NCBI GenBank assembly: GCA_945923775.1
Contig: CAMELR010000002.1
Span: 5,837 to 69,836 of the forward strand
Source of the DNA: an uncultured Clostridia bacterium
GTDB lineage: Bacteria; Bacillota; Clostridia; Oscillospirales; Ruminococcaceae
Reading direction: 5' to 3'
Length of the DNA stretch: 64,000 nucleotides
The notes below the pieces were generated by a model that saw nothing but the letters and a program-made list of their open reading frames with translations, was not told the DNA's origin and did not search any database. Below are positions 18,101 through 27,206 of the stretch, in pieces. A program made the position numbers and the translations under genes. Position 1 is the first letter of the stretch; the number at the start of each line of letters is the position of its first letter.

Positions 18101-18813
18101 CCGAGATATTCGTTATCCGCAACCTCTCCGCGCAGGACATGGAGGACAGCGTAAGCGAGTTCACGAAGCACATCGAAAACTCCCAGATCATCGCGATCCC
18201 CGGCGGATTCTCCGGCGGCGACGAGCCGGAGGGCTCCGCAAAGTTCATCAACGCGTTCTTCCGCAACCCGAAGATCAAGGACGCTGTTGAGTCCATGCTG
18301 TACGCTCGCGACGGTCTGATGATCGGTATTTGCAACGGCTTCCAGGCGCTCATCAAGCTTGGTCTTGTTCCGTTCGGAAAGATAGTTCCGCTGACCGCTG
18401 AAAGCCCGACGCTGACCTACAACACCATCGGCCGCCATCAGTCTCAGCTTACCCTGACGCGTATCTGCACCAACAAGTCGCCGTGGCTCAGCTGCTGCAA
18501 TGTCGGCGATATCCACAATATCCCGATATCCCACGGCGAAGGCCGTTTCGTAGCTCCTGAGAGCGTAATAAAGCAGCTTATCGCAAACGGTCAGGTGTCT
18601 ACTCAGTACGTTGACCTCAACGGCAACCCCACCATGGACGTTGCATTCAACCCGAACAGCTCCATGTACGCTATCGAAGGCATCATCTCCCCGGACGGCA
18701 GAGTCCTCGGTAAGATGGGTCACACCGAGCGTCTCACAGATAATGTTGCAAAGAACGTTTCCGGCAACAAGGAGCAGCTCCTGTTCAAGGGCGGCGTAGA
18801 TTACTTCGCATAA
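15118..18813 (+). CDS. purL: phosphoribosylformylglycinamidine synthase, single-chain large form
   Basis: 1231 aa containing FGAM synthase blocks ([46 protein letters not shown]). The C-terminal glutaminase domain has GICNGFQAL and HGEGRF. Confidence 0.95.
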   Translation: [1231 protein letters not shown]

Positions 18814-18832
18814 TTCCTAACCGCATATCAAA

Positions 18833-18866
18833 ACGAGCCGTACCGATTGGTGCGGCTCGTTTTTTG
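18833..18866 (+). terminator. intrinsic terminator of purL
   Basis: ACGAGCCGTACC-GATT-GGTGCGGCTCGT followed by TTTTTG. Confidence 0.85.
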
Positions 18867-19052
18867 TACATGCTATAGATTTTCCGGCGGAGATCTGCTA
18901 AGTTTCAACATTGTATGCTTTGCTGCTTTGATTTTGAATTTCTTTCAACTTTTCAACATTAAAACCCGCCCTGAGACTACTCCACAACTTCAGTCAAGCA
19001 TATTTGTTCCCTCTGCACAAATGCAGTCGGAATATTTCTATTTATCTGCGCA

Positions 19053-19082
19053 TTGACAAGTATTGTACTTGTATGTTATAAT
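19053..19082 (+). promoter_or_regulatory. promoter of the 398-aa orphan gene
   Basis: TTGACA (19053-19058), 18 nt, TATAAT (19077-19082), with TGT extended -10. Confidence 0.7.
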
Positions 19083-19178
19083 CAATGTGGTGAACTGCAC
19101 ACATAACAATAATGCAGCAATTATCAAGCACAGGGAGTAAACCCTGATCAAAAATCGCAGTTGAAGGGGACGACACCC

Positions 19179-20375
19179 ATGACAAAAAACGGAATCAATT
19201 CAGCCAACGCCAAACAGACCGTCTCTGTGCAGTCACAGGGCGGCGAAAACATCGGTCTCACCTACCCTAAAAGGGCGGCAGGACTGGTCAAAAAAGGTCG
19301 TGCACGTTTCGTGAACGACAATACTATTCGTCTGATGGACGTGTCCGATGTAACACATACGGAGGACATCAAGATGGATAATATAAATACCCTTAACGAA
19401 AACAAGAGTGCACCGCAGGTAAACAGACTGTTTTTCAATGCAAGAGAGTGGTCTTTCAATAAGGACTGCCAGAATTCCAACGTTGGAAACCGCAGCTTTA
19501 TGCTGGGACCTGACGAAAACCTCGCTGAAGCCTACACCATCGGCAACTGGGGCTACAAATGGACGGAGATCGTTTCAAAAAGCTTGATATTGCCCAAGAA
19601 TACCACGCATACGTTAACGTTCTGGCTCAACGGCGGCGAAAACGACAAAAACGACGAGGTTTGCCGGTTCGTAGTAGTTTACAACAACGACTGCGATAAC
19701 TGCTATACCTACAACCTCAACCGCAATTTCATAAAGCCGCTCAAAAAGGTCAACGGCTGGGAACTGTACGAGATACCGTTCATCACCGGAGATAATGAAT
19801 ACACCCAGTTGCGGTTCGCAGCTATGAGAGCGTACATGACGGTGCTTTCCGCGAAGCCCGCCGAAGCATACGCAGACCTGCCGGACAGCGTTGACGAATT
19901 CGAAAGCGAACGTCCGCAGCGGCACAATATCGTATTCGCAGACGGCTGGCCTACGAATACATGGTACTCTACCAGGGAGCTGCGCAGAAAACACGGCAGC
20001 AATAACGCCGCAACCGGCAATATCCAGCAGCCTGCTGGTAACTTCGGCGTCATGGAGGGAATACAGGTACAGGCTGACGCTCTGAACGGGATCGCGACAT
20101 ACACAATCGAAGAGATCACCAATAAGGTGAACAGCATGACGGACGTTTCCTCCAGCATGAGCCATGAGATAAGCCAGGCAGTAAGCAAAGCACTGAACGG
20201 CGCGGGGAATCCAAACGATGTTGATGTTGAAGAAATTTGCAGAAATATCGTGGAACAATTCAGCGACAGAATAGAAAACTTGGTCGATGAAATAACCATG
20301 GCAGTAGAAGGAATGACAGGCGCATTTGAAGAGATGCGCGATTCTCTCGATGACATCAGCGAGAACCAAGGGTAA
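19179..20375 (+). CDS. hypothetical protein (398 aa), no signal peptide
   Basis: ATG at 19179 follows GAAGGGGA. It has a central beta-rich segment (TLTFWLNGGENDKNDEVCRFVVVYNND..GWELYEIPF) and an acidic helical C-terminus. No family recognised. Confidence 0.6.
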   Translation: MTKNGINSANAKQTVSVQSQGGENIGLTYPKRAAGLVKKGRARFVNDNTIRLMDVSDVTHTEDIKMDNINTLNENKSAPQVNRLFFNAREWSFNKDCQNSNVGNRSFMLGPDENLAEAYTIGNWGYKWTEIVSKSLILPKNTTHTLTFWLNGGENDKNDEVCRFVVVYNNDCDNCYTYNLNRNFIKPLKKVNGWELYEIPFITGDNEYTQLRFAAMRAYMTVLSAKPAEAYADLPDSVDEFESERPQRHNIVFADGWPTNTWYSTRELRRKHGSNNAATGNIQQPAGNFGVMEGIQVQADALNGIATYTIEEITNKVNSMTDVSSSMSHEISQAVSKALNGAGNPNDVDVEEICRNIVEQFSDRIENLVDEITMAVEGMTGAFEEMRDSLDDISENQG

Positions 20376-20512
20376 TATCCACAATTAAATACGACCGCCC
20401 CCTTGTGAAAGCAAGGGGGTTATTTTATCTGAAATTTGATGATTCTCCCGGAATATTTCCGCAATAAATTCCCACAATATTGCTGTTGATTTTATTGAAA
20501 GGAATGAAGCCC

Positions 20513-21454
20513 ATGAAGAAATATATAGCCCTCGCCATAGCCTGCGCCGCTCTCGTCGCCGGAGTCTCCTACCTGCCTGCCGCGGTTGAAGCAAGCGTAC
20601 CCGCCGCCGTGTCCATATCCCCCACCGAGGTGTACTACAGCGAATCCGTGAACACAAGCGGAACTCTGTGCTACATCGGTCAGGGCGACGTCACCTCCGC
20701 GCTGCCGCTGGTGCTCAGTGAATTTGCAGTCGAAGAAGGAGATCATGTCGAAGTGGGAGACGTTATCGCCCGGGTAGACCGCAAAGCCTCTGAAACGTTC
20801 ATCAGCAGCCTGGGGAAGGTCTCCCAACTTGCCGCCGCGACTGCAAGCCTGTCAACCGCGATGTCCCTTATCCCCGAGGAGATAACCGCCGACCGCTCCG
20901 GAACGGTGATCTCCACCGCCGGAGCAGGCGCAGCCGTGGAATCCGGAACCAGCATCGCGACCATAGCGGGTACGGACTCCCTCGTGCTGACCTCCGCCGT
21001 CAGCGAGCTGAACATCGCAAGGATACAGCCCGGTCAGCCAGTGGAATTCACCCTCTCAGCCTACCCCGACGACGTATTCACCGGAACCGTGTCGAAGATA
21101 GCAGGCTCTGCACGAAGCCAGTACAGCGGCGCAGTCCTTGAAACCGTGGTAGACGTGCTGATATCCCCCGACTCCAACGACCCGCGCCTTCGCTCAGGGC
21201 TTACCGCTGATGTGCGTTTTCAGCTCTCAGACCCGCGTAAAATATGCGTGCTACCCTATAACGCCATCGGTCAGGACGAGGAGGGTGAGTATGTCTACCT
21301 GCTTGAAAACGGAGCCGCGGTCAAGCACAAGATTTTCACCGGCGCGGAATTCTCAGACGGCACCGAGGTCATCAAAGGCGCAACTATAAACGACAAGGTA
21401 TTTCTTGACCCAGAAGACATTTCACTCAGCAGATATGTGAGGATAGAGCAATGA
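20513..21454 (+). CDS. efflux periplasmic adaptor (HlyD/MacA-like membrane fusion protein)
   Basis: The second ATG (20513) is correctly spaced from GAAAGGA. It has a signal/TM sequence, a lipoyl-like hairpin (VEEGDHVEVGDVIARVD) and a beta-barrel C-terminus (GEYVYLLENGAAVKHKIFTG). Confidence 0.75.
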   Translation: MKKYIALAIACAALVAGVSYLPAAVEASVPAAVSISPTEVYYSESVNTSGTLCYIGQGDVTSALPLVLSEFAVEEGDHVEVGDVIARVDRKASETFISSLGKVSQLAAATASLSTAMSLIPEEITADRSGTVISTAGAGAAVESGTSIATIAGTDSLVLTSAVSELNIARIQPGQPVEFTLSAYPDDVFTGTVSKIAGSARSQYSGAVLETVVDVLISPDSNDPRLRSGLTADVRFQLSDPRKICVLPYNAIGQDEEGEYVYLLENGAAVKHKIFTGAEFSDGTEVIKGATINDKVFLDPEDISLSRYVRIEQ

Positions 21455-22629
21455 GCATTTTATCCACCCTGACCAGCATTTTCCGAAGCCGCACGCGCTC
21501 CCTGCTGACGATGGCCGGGATAGCCGTCGGCGTATTTTCAGTGGTACTGGTATCCACCGTCGGGACCATCGGCACCCAGGAAGTAAGCTCCACCCTGGTA
21601 ACAATGGGAGTTGATACCCTACTTGTTCAGGCGGCGAACAAAAGCGTATCCGTGACCCTCACGGACGATGATGTGTCCACCGTGCGGCGAATTGACGGCG
21701 TAAACGACGTTATGCCGCTGATGGCGTCCATGACGGAAGCAAAGATGATAGGCAGGCGGCTTGACTGCTACGTCTGGGGAGTAGACCGCTCCGCCGACCG
21801 GTTAATATCCCTCGAGGCGAAGCACGGGAGGCTGGTCAACAACAGCGACTGCACCGCAAACCTGAAGGTGTGCGTTATCGACGAGCAGTTTGCGCAGCGC
21901 TCCTACGGCAGAAGCAACATTGTTGGAAAGAAGCTGAACATTTTCCTCGGCGGAAGATATCACGAGTTTGAAATAATCGGCGTGGCAAGCTCGGGGCTGT
22001 CCAGCCTTCAGGGTATGCTGTCGAATATCATGCCGGGGTTCATGTATATCCCGATAAGCACCATGCAGCAGCTCACCGGGCGCTCGACCTACGATAAGCT
22101 CGCGGTGAAGCTCACCGATATGGATACGGATATCCCGGTAGTTGAGGCTGTAAGCTCCGAGCTTGACCGCGCCAACAACACCACCGACGGGTATATCGTC
22201 AACAACCTTCTCTCCCAGAAGGCGCAGCTTGACGATATCCTCAGCATAGTTACAACCGCGCTTTCGCTTGTAGCGGGCATTTCGCTGGCGGTATCGGGAA
22301 TCTCTATAATGACGACCATGCTGATGAGCGTCACGGAGCGCACCCGGGAAATAGGTATAAAACGCTCCATCGGCGCCACCAGCTTTGATATCTGCCGGGA
22401 ATTCCTGGCGGAAAGCGTGCTTCTGACGATACTCGGCAGCGCCGCAGGAACCGCCGCCGGACTGCTTATCTCCGGGATAGGCTGCGTTATAGCGGGAGTG
22501 CCGTTCCAGGTGAACCTCGCCATGATCGGAATTGCAGCCCTAGCCTCCGGCGCAGTAGGCGCGCTGTTCGGAGCCTATCCCGCATACAAGGCGGCTTCCC
22601 TTGACCCGGTGGAAGCCCTCAGAATGTAG
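21451..22629 (+). CDS. MacB-type ABC transporter permease (MacB_PCD + FtsX domain)
   Basis: 392 aa, with an ATGA overlap with the adaptor gene. N-terminal TM, extracytoplasmic domain and C-terminal FtsX block (ERTREIGIKRSIGATSFDICREFLAESVLLT). Confidence 0.85.
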   Translation: MSILSTLTSIFRSRTRSLLTMAGIAVGVFSVVLVSTVGTIGTQEVSSTLVTMGVDTLLVQAANKSVSVTLTDDDVSTVRRIDGVNDVMPLMASMTEAKMIGRRLDCYVWGVDRSADRLISLEAKHGRLVNNSDCTANLKVCVIDEQFAQRSYGRSNIVGKKLNIFLGGRYHEFEIIGVASSGLSSLQGMLSNIMPGFMYIPISTMQQLTGRSTYDKLAVKLTDMDTDIPVVEAVSSELDRANNTTDGYIVNNLLSQKAQLDDILSIVTTALSLVAGISLAVSGISIMTTMLMSVTERTREIGIKRSIGATSFDICREFLAESVLLTILGSAAGTAAGLLISGIGCVIAGVPFQVNLAMIGIAALASGAVGALFGAYPAYKAASLDPVEALRM

Positions 22630-22656
22630 GCGGTGTGAAAGATACCGAATATAGAG

Positions 22657-22684
22657 AAAAGGCAGAGCCGAAGCTCTGCCTTTT
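22657..22684. terminator. bidirectional intrinsic terminator
   Basis: GGCAGAGC-CGAA-GCTCTGCC flanked by A4 and T4. Confidence 0.75.
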
Positions 22685-22756
22685 CCATTTATATTGGGGG
22701 GAGAGAGGTTATCTGGTTAACGATACATGCGCCTGAAACCGCGCTCTCCGTTCGGT

Positions 22757-25741
22757 TTACTTAGCCTTGATCTTATAGATCTTGGAAGCGTTGGAATACA
22801 GCTTCTTGCCATCAATGGTGACGTAAGACTTTACATAGTAGTAATAAACCTTGCCCTTAACAGCCGTGCTGTCAGTAAAGGTCAGATCATCAGGATCGTC
22901 GGAAACTATATCGGTCAGCGACTTGCCCTTGCCCTTTGCAGAGTTGCGGCGGTATACCTGATAACCATCTGCGTAATCAGAAAGATCCCACTCAAGCACG
23001 ATACCGTCCGTGGTAGCCTTTCTGTAGGTGATAACCGGCTTGGCCGGGCGTACCTTTACAGTTATCGTACGGGTCTTTGCAGGATTGGACTTAGCGGTAA
23101 CGGTGATCTTTGCAGCTCCTGCGGATACTGCGGTAACTATTCCGTTTTCGTCAACCACTGCAACGTCCTCGTTGGAGGAGGAGTACAGCAGGGTCTTATC
23201 GTTGCAGTTTGCCGGATAGATCTTTGCTGTGATGGTGAATGTGCTGTCGATATCCATTGTCTTGGTCTTTGCAGGCTTAACGGAGAAGCTGGATATCGGA
23301 GTAGTTACTGTAACGGTGCACTGAGCGGTAAGTCCGTTATCGGTCTTGGCAGTGATAACTGCGGAGCCATTCTTTACAGCCTTTACAGAACCTGTGTTGG
23401 TTACTGTTGCAACCGAGGTATCGGAGCTGCTCCATGTAACGTCCTTATTGGAAGCGTTGTCAGGAGCTACTGTCGCCGTGAGCTTTGCAGTGGCATTCGG
23501 CTTGAGGGTGATATCGGTCTTGTCAAGCGATACGCTTGTAGCCTGTACGAGCTGCTTGCACAGACCGTCTCTGATAACGGTCTCCGGCTGGGACTTCAGA
23601 CCGCCCTTGCCGTTGCCGCACTGACCGTATGTATTGTCGCCCCAGCAGTAGAGTCTGCTGTCATAGGAAATATAGCCTGCAAATTCGCCGCCGAGACTTG
23701 CAGAAGTAACATTGGTGTTGGTGATTCTTGCGAAGGTATCTCTGGTCTTGGTAGAGCCATCGCCGAGCTGACCGCACGAATTGTTTCCGCTCAGTGAGAT
23801 ATCGCCAGCTTCAGTAATAACTGCTGAGAACTTCTGAGAGGTATAAACATAACTGGAATTGCCATAAACCTTAGAAGGTGTCTTAAGTCTGGAACTGTTG
23901 TCGCCTAACTGACCGTTAGAGTTATCGCCCCATGCATAAACAGTGCCGTCATTTGCAACTGCAATTGTGTGGCTTCCGTCCGCTGCGATATCAACCAGGC
24001 TTATAGGATTATCCTTCGAATCCGTTATGTTGATCAGCTCGGGAATATCGACTACTCTGGAAGATGTGTCTCCGCCGAGCTGCTTTACACTGTTGCTGCC
24101 CCAGCCGTAGAGATCACCATTATCGGTGATTGCAACACAGTGGCTGTCGCCGGCTGCTATGTCTGAAATGCTTACCAGCTTATCAGAAAGAACCTCAGGA
24201 TACTTTACAGTGCTTCCGCATGTGGAAAGTCTGCCGACAGAGTTAATGCCCCAGCCCCATACCTGGTTGCCGATAAGTGCAATGGCGAAATCATTCTGTA
24301 ACTCTATCTTATCAATAGTTGTTCCGGAAAGGTACTCGTTTTCAGTAGGAGTGTTAATAACGTCCGACCTGGTTTTCATGCCGAGAAGGTAGTTACTGTT
24401 GTCGCCGAAAACGTATACCTTGCCGTCGCTGGTCTGCACGATGGTTGCCTTGTTTCCGCACCATACATTGACTGCTTCGTATGTTAACTTTACCTTTGTG
24501 GGCACGCTTCTGACATTATAGTCGCCCTGGCCGAGCTGACCCTTATCGTTGTTGCCCCAGGTGTAAAGTGTTCCCTTGGTATCAATGGCAGCGGCGTGAT
24601 CATAGCCTGCTGAGAAAACCGCAACATTATTCAATGTGTATTCCGGCTTTGCAACGATGGAGCTTGTTGTGCTGAAAAGCTCGCCTGAAACGCCAGCGCC
24701 TACACTGGAGATATTGCCGTTATTCCTGAGCATGAGAGAATGATGATGCCCAAGAGCAATGGAAACTGCACCGGTAGTAACCTTCTCCGGATAATTCAGA
24801 TCCTCGGTATTGCCGTTGTGAAGCTGACCGGACTCGTTGCTGCCCCAGGTGTAAAGAACTCCGTTGGCTATTGCGCCGGAGGAGTTGCCGCCGGCAAATA
24901 CCGCGCTTGCGCCCTTAACGGATACATTGCCGAAATTAGCGCTGCCGCCGTTATAATAATCAGTACCAAGCTGACCGTAATCATTAGAACCAGCAGTCTT
25001 TACCGTGCCGTCGCTCATAAGTACGATGGAATGCTCGTCGCCTGCCTCAACGTCCTGAGCTCCGCTCTCGATAACAACGGTAAGCCAGGTCATATCCCTG
25101 TAGTTGCCTGTGCCGAGCTGACCCTGATCGTTATTTCCGCAGCCGTATACTGCGCCGTCCTTGGACACAACCAGCGTGAATCCGTCGCCTGCTGCAACGT
25201 CCACTGCGTCCTTCATGAGCTCTGTAACAGAATTCTTGTATGTATTGGTTGCGAAACCAAGCTCGCCGTATTCGTTGCTGCCCCAGCCTATGGCGGTTCC
25301 GTCCTCAAGCAGTGCGACTGTATGACCGTCTCCGGTGCTTACCTGAGCGACGTTGTCCAGAATCTTGGTAGGATTGCTGATAGTCGCAGCGGAAACCTTA
25401 TTTGTTATCTGACCCTCGGAGTTGTCGCCCCAGCCATAGAGTGTGCCGTTTTTGTCTATCGCGAAGCTGACATCTTCGTTTGCGTCAACATACACGATAT
25501 TGTCCATTACCTTCTCGCCGTTGGAGCTGGACTTACTAGCCCCTAAACCGAGCTGCCCCTTGCTGTTGTCGCCCGCAGCCCAAAGAGACATATCGCTCTT
25601 GATAACAAGGCTGTGATTCTCACCGACTGCGATCGTGTTGGTGCTTAACTGCGGTTCTGCTGCCGCCACGCTCAGCGGTATCATCGTGATGACCTGAGCT
25701 GCACAGAGCGAAGCCGCAATTACCTTCGCTTTCTTACTCAT
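22757..25741 (-). CDS. secreted RCC1-repeat protein with Big_2 (x3) and C-terminal Fn3-like domains
   Basis: ATG at 25741 follows GGAGGGAG. Signal peptide MSKKAKVIAASLCAAQVITMIPLSVAAA. More than 12 RCC1-like blades (GDNSxGQLG recurring). Big_2-like modules (VTVTTPISSFSV.., ATSVSLDKTDITL..). The Fn3-like tail ends YYYYVKSYVTIDGKKLYS. Confidence 0.8.
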   Translation of the reverse strand: MSKKAKVIAASLCAAQVITMIPLSVAAAEPQLSTNTIAVGENHSLVIKSDMSLWAAGDNSKGQLGLGASKSSSNGEKVMDNIVYVDANEDVSFAIDKNGTLYGWGDNSEGQITNKVSAATISNPTKILDNVAQVSTGDGHTVALLEDGTAIGWGSNEYGELGFATNTYKNSVTELMKDAVDVAAGDGFTLVVSKDGAVYGCGNNDQGQLGTGNYRDMTWLTVVIESGAQDVEAGDEHSIVLMSDGTVKTAGSNDYGQLGTDYYNGGSANFGNVSVKGASAVFAGGNSSGAIANGVLYTWGSNESGQLHNGNTEDLNYPEKVTTGAVSIALGHHHSLMLRNNGNISSVGAGVSGELFSTTSSIVAKPEYTLNNVAVFSAGYDHAAAIDTKGTLYTWGNNDKGQLGQGDYNVRSVPTKVKLTYEAVNVWCGNKATIVQTSDGKVYVFGDNSNYLLGMKTRSDVINTPTENEYLSGTTIDKIELQNDFAIALIGNQVWGWGINSVGRLSTCGSTVKYPEVLSDKLVSISDIAAGDSHCVAITDNGDLYGWGSNSVKQLGGDTSSRVVDIPELINITDSKDNPISLVDIAADGSHTIAVANDGTVYAWGDNSNGQLGDNSSRLKTPSKVYGNSSYVYTSQKFSAVITEAGDISLSGNNSCGQLGDGSTKTRDTFARITNTNVTSASLGGEFAGYISYDSRLYCWGDNTYGQCGNGKGGLKSQPETVIRDGLCKQLVQATSVSLDKTDITLKPNATAKLTATVAPDNASNKDVTWSSSDTSVATVTNTGSVKAVKNGSAVITAKTDNGLTAQCTVTVTTPISSFSVKPAKTKTMDIDSTFTITAKIYPANCNDKTLLYSSSNEDVAVVDENGIVTAVSAGAAKITVTAKSNPAKTRTITVKVRPAKPVITYRKATTDGIVLEWDLSDYADGYQVYRRNSAKGKGKSLTDIVSDDPDDLTFTDSTAVKGKVYYYYVKSYVTIDGKKLYSNASKIYKIKAK

Positions 25742-25981
25742 ACTAACTCCCTCCATATAACCGGGGCGCCCTGCCCCTGTTTTTTAGCTGCTGCGCCTGT
25801 CTGCGCCTCAGCCTGTTAGCCTTTCATTAATTAAAACAACTGAGACCCATAAAAGGTTGCATGTTTTTTGAAAAAATTTTAAATTTTTTTGGAAAAATTA
25901 TCACCTGCATATATTATAACGCAAAAATACCGGAAATGTTGCAAAAAAGACTTACAAATATCTTAATTTTACATTTCCGGT

Positions 25982-26830
25982 TTAAAAATCGATTTCTTCT
26001 CCGCCGCCGATATACATCAGCTTGTCTCCGAGGGTCTCGTCCATAATGTCGAATCCCTTGAAGCCTGTGCAGTGGCAGGCGTAGATTTTCTCTGCATTGC
26101 TGAGCTTCAGCGCCCTTGCCTGCGCCGTGATATATTCAGATGAGCACCCAAGCGTTTTAGGGTTTGAGCCCATAAAGTGGAACCCGCCCACGATAGCAAG
26201 CACAGGTATTCCATACCAGTTCTGCTTCACGGTCTCCAGCATGTTCTGAACTCCGCAGTGGAAGCAGCCACCGATGATAACAAGACCGTCAGCCTTGCGT
26301 TTTTTCGGGAACAGCACGGCGAAGCACTCGTCGGAGCAGTCGTAGGGAAGCTGCTTTTTTCCGTCCAGCGCAAAATAGCTCCGGTCGGGGTTGAGGTTCT
26401 TTTCATCGAAGGTCTCGCAGGAGGCAAGGTAGAATCCCTCCGCCACCTCTGAGAAGCGATTAAAAAGTATCAGATCATCTGCGTATTTCTTGAAAAACGC
26501 CTTCCCCGCACCGACTGGCTCCTTGAAAAAGCCTGTTTTCCTGAAACGCTCTGTCTGCGCGCCCGCGCGAAGATATATCTCAGCGTCAGGGCTGAGCCGC
26601 ATAAAGCTGTCGATACCACCGACGTGCGTGGCATGATTGTGGGTAAGCACCACCGCGTCAAGCTCGTCCGTTGGAAGCTGCATGCGGCGTGCGTTCTCCG
26701 CCGCCTTTCCGGTCAGCCCGGTGTCTATGATGTAGTTTTTTCCGCCGAATTCCACGAAGAACGACATGCCGTTCTCAGAGAACAGCTTGTCGTCAACCGC
26801 GGTATTGTCGATAAGGCTGATAAGCTTCAA
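25982..26830 (-). CDS. MBL-fold metallo-hydrolase (COG1237-like)
   Basis: 282 aa. The metal motif LTHNHATHVGG sits at the HxHxDH position. It has the beta-lactamase-fold layout. Confidence 0.65.
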   Translation of the reverse strand: MKLISLIDNTAVDDKLFSENGMSFFVEFGGKNYIIDTGLTGKAAENARRMQLPTDELDAVVLTHNHATHVGGIDSFMRLSPDAEIYLRAGAQTERFRKTGFFKEPVGAGKAFFKKYADDLILFNRFSEVAEGFYLASCETFDEKNLNPDRSYFALDGKKQLPYDCSDECFAVLFPKKRKADGLVIIGGCFHCGVQNMLETVKQNWYGIPVLAIVGGFHFMGSNPKTLGCSSEYITAQARALKLSNAEKIYACHCTGFKGFDIMDETLGDKLMYIGGGEEIDF

Positions 26831-26834
26831 GGGA

Positions 26835-27206
26835 TCACTCCCCCTTGACGTGGCGCTTTATCGCCGCGAAGCTCTCTGCGCTGAGGCAGTGCTCGATACG
26901 GCATGCGTCCGCAGCCGCTATCTCCTCGGGTACCCCCATGGAGGTCAGCCAGTTTGTAAACAGTATATGGCGCTCGTAAACCTTCTCCGCAATCCCGCGT
27001 CCCTTGTCGGTGAGCGTAATGTATCCGTTCTTGTCAACGGTGATGCACTCCTGCTCCCTGAGATTCTTCATTGCAACGCTTACGCTGGGCTTTGAGAAGT
27101 CCATCTCAGTGGCGATATCCACCGAGCGCACCTCGCCGTTGCGGTTCTGAAGGATCAGTATGGTCTCCAGGTAATCTTCACCGGATTCAAGTATTCTCCC
27201 TTTCAT
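26835..27206 (-). CDS. DtxR/MntR-family metal-dependent transcriptional regulator
   Basis: 123 aa. GEDYLETILIL..VRSVDIATEMDFSKPSVSVAMKNL..ERHILFTNWL is the typical winged-helix plus dimerisation domain. There is no SH3-like tail. Confidence 0.85.
   Translation of the reverse strand: MKGRILESGEDYLETILILQNRNGEVRSVDIATEMDFSKPSVSVAMKNLREQECITVDKNGYITLTDKGRGIAEKVYERHILFTNWLTSMGVPEEIAAADACRIEHCLSAESFAAIKRHVKGE

Noticed and set aside
15058-18723. Two very long minus-strand ORFs (15058-16497, 479 aa; 16822-18723, 633 aa) antisense to purL.
   Set aside because: They are shadow ORFs of a GC-rich, strongly recognisable gene. Their translations are low-complexity and Ala/Gly/Val/Leu-rich with no motifs, no RBS and no promoter. 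purL fully explains the region.
22727-25546. Plus-strand ORFs (22727-23797 and 24740-25546) opposite the RCC1-repeat gene.
   Set aside because: They are Cys/Gly/Val-rich nonsense translations produced by the repetitive GxxGQLG codons on the other strand, and they have no RBS.
25928-25985. Long-loop hairpin ACCGGAAATG..(33 nt)..CATTTCCGGT after the MBL-fold gene.
   Set aside because: It is probably just the terminator of the DtxR-family/MBL operon (a U-run follows on the minus strand). I considered an sRNA or attenuator, but no promoter or conserved loop feature supports that.
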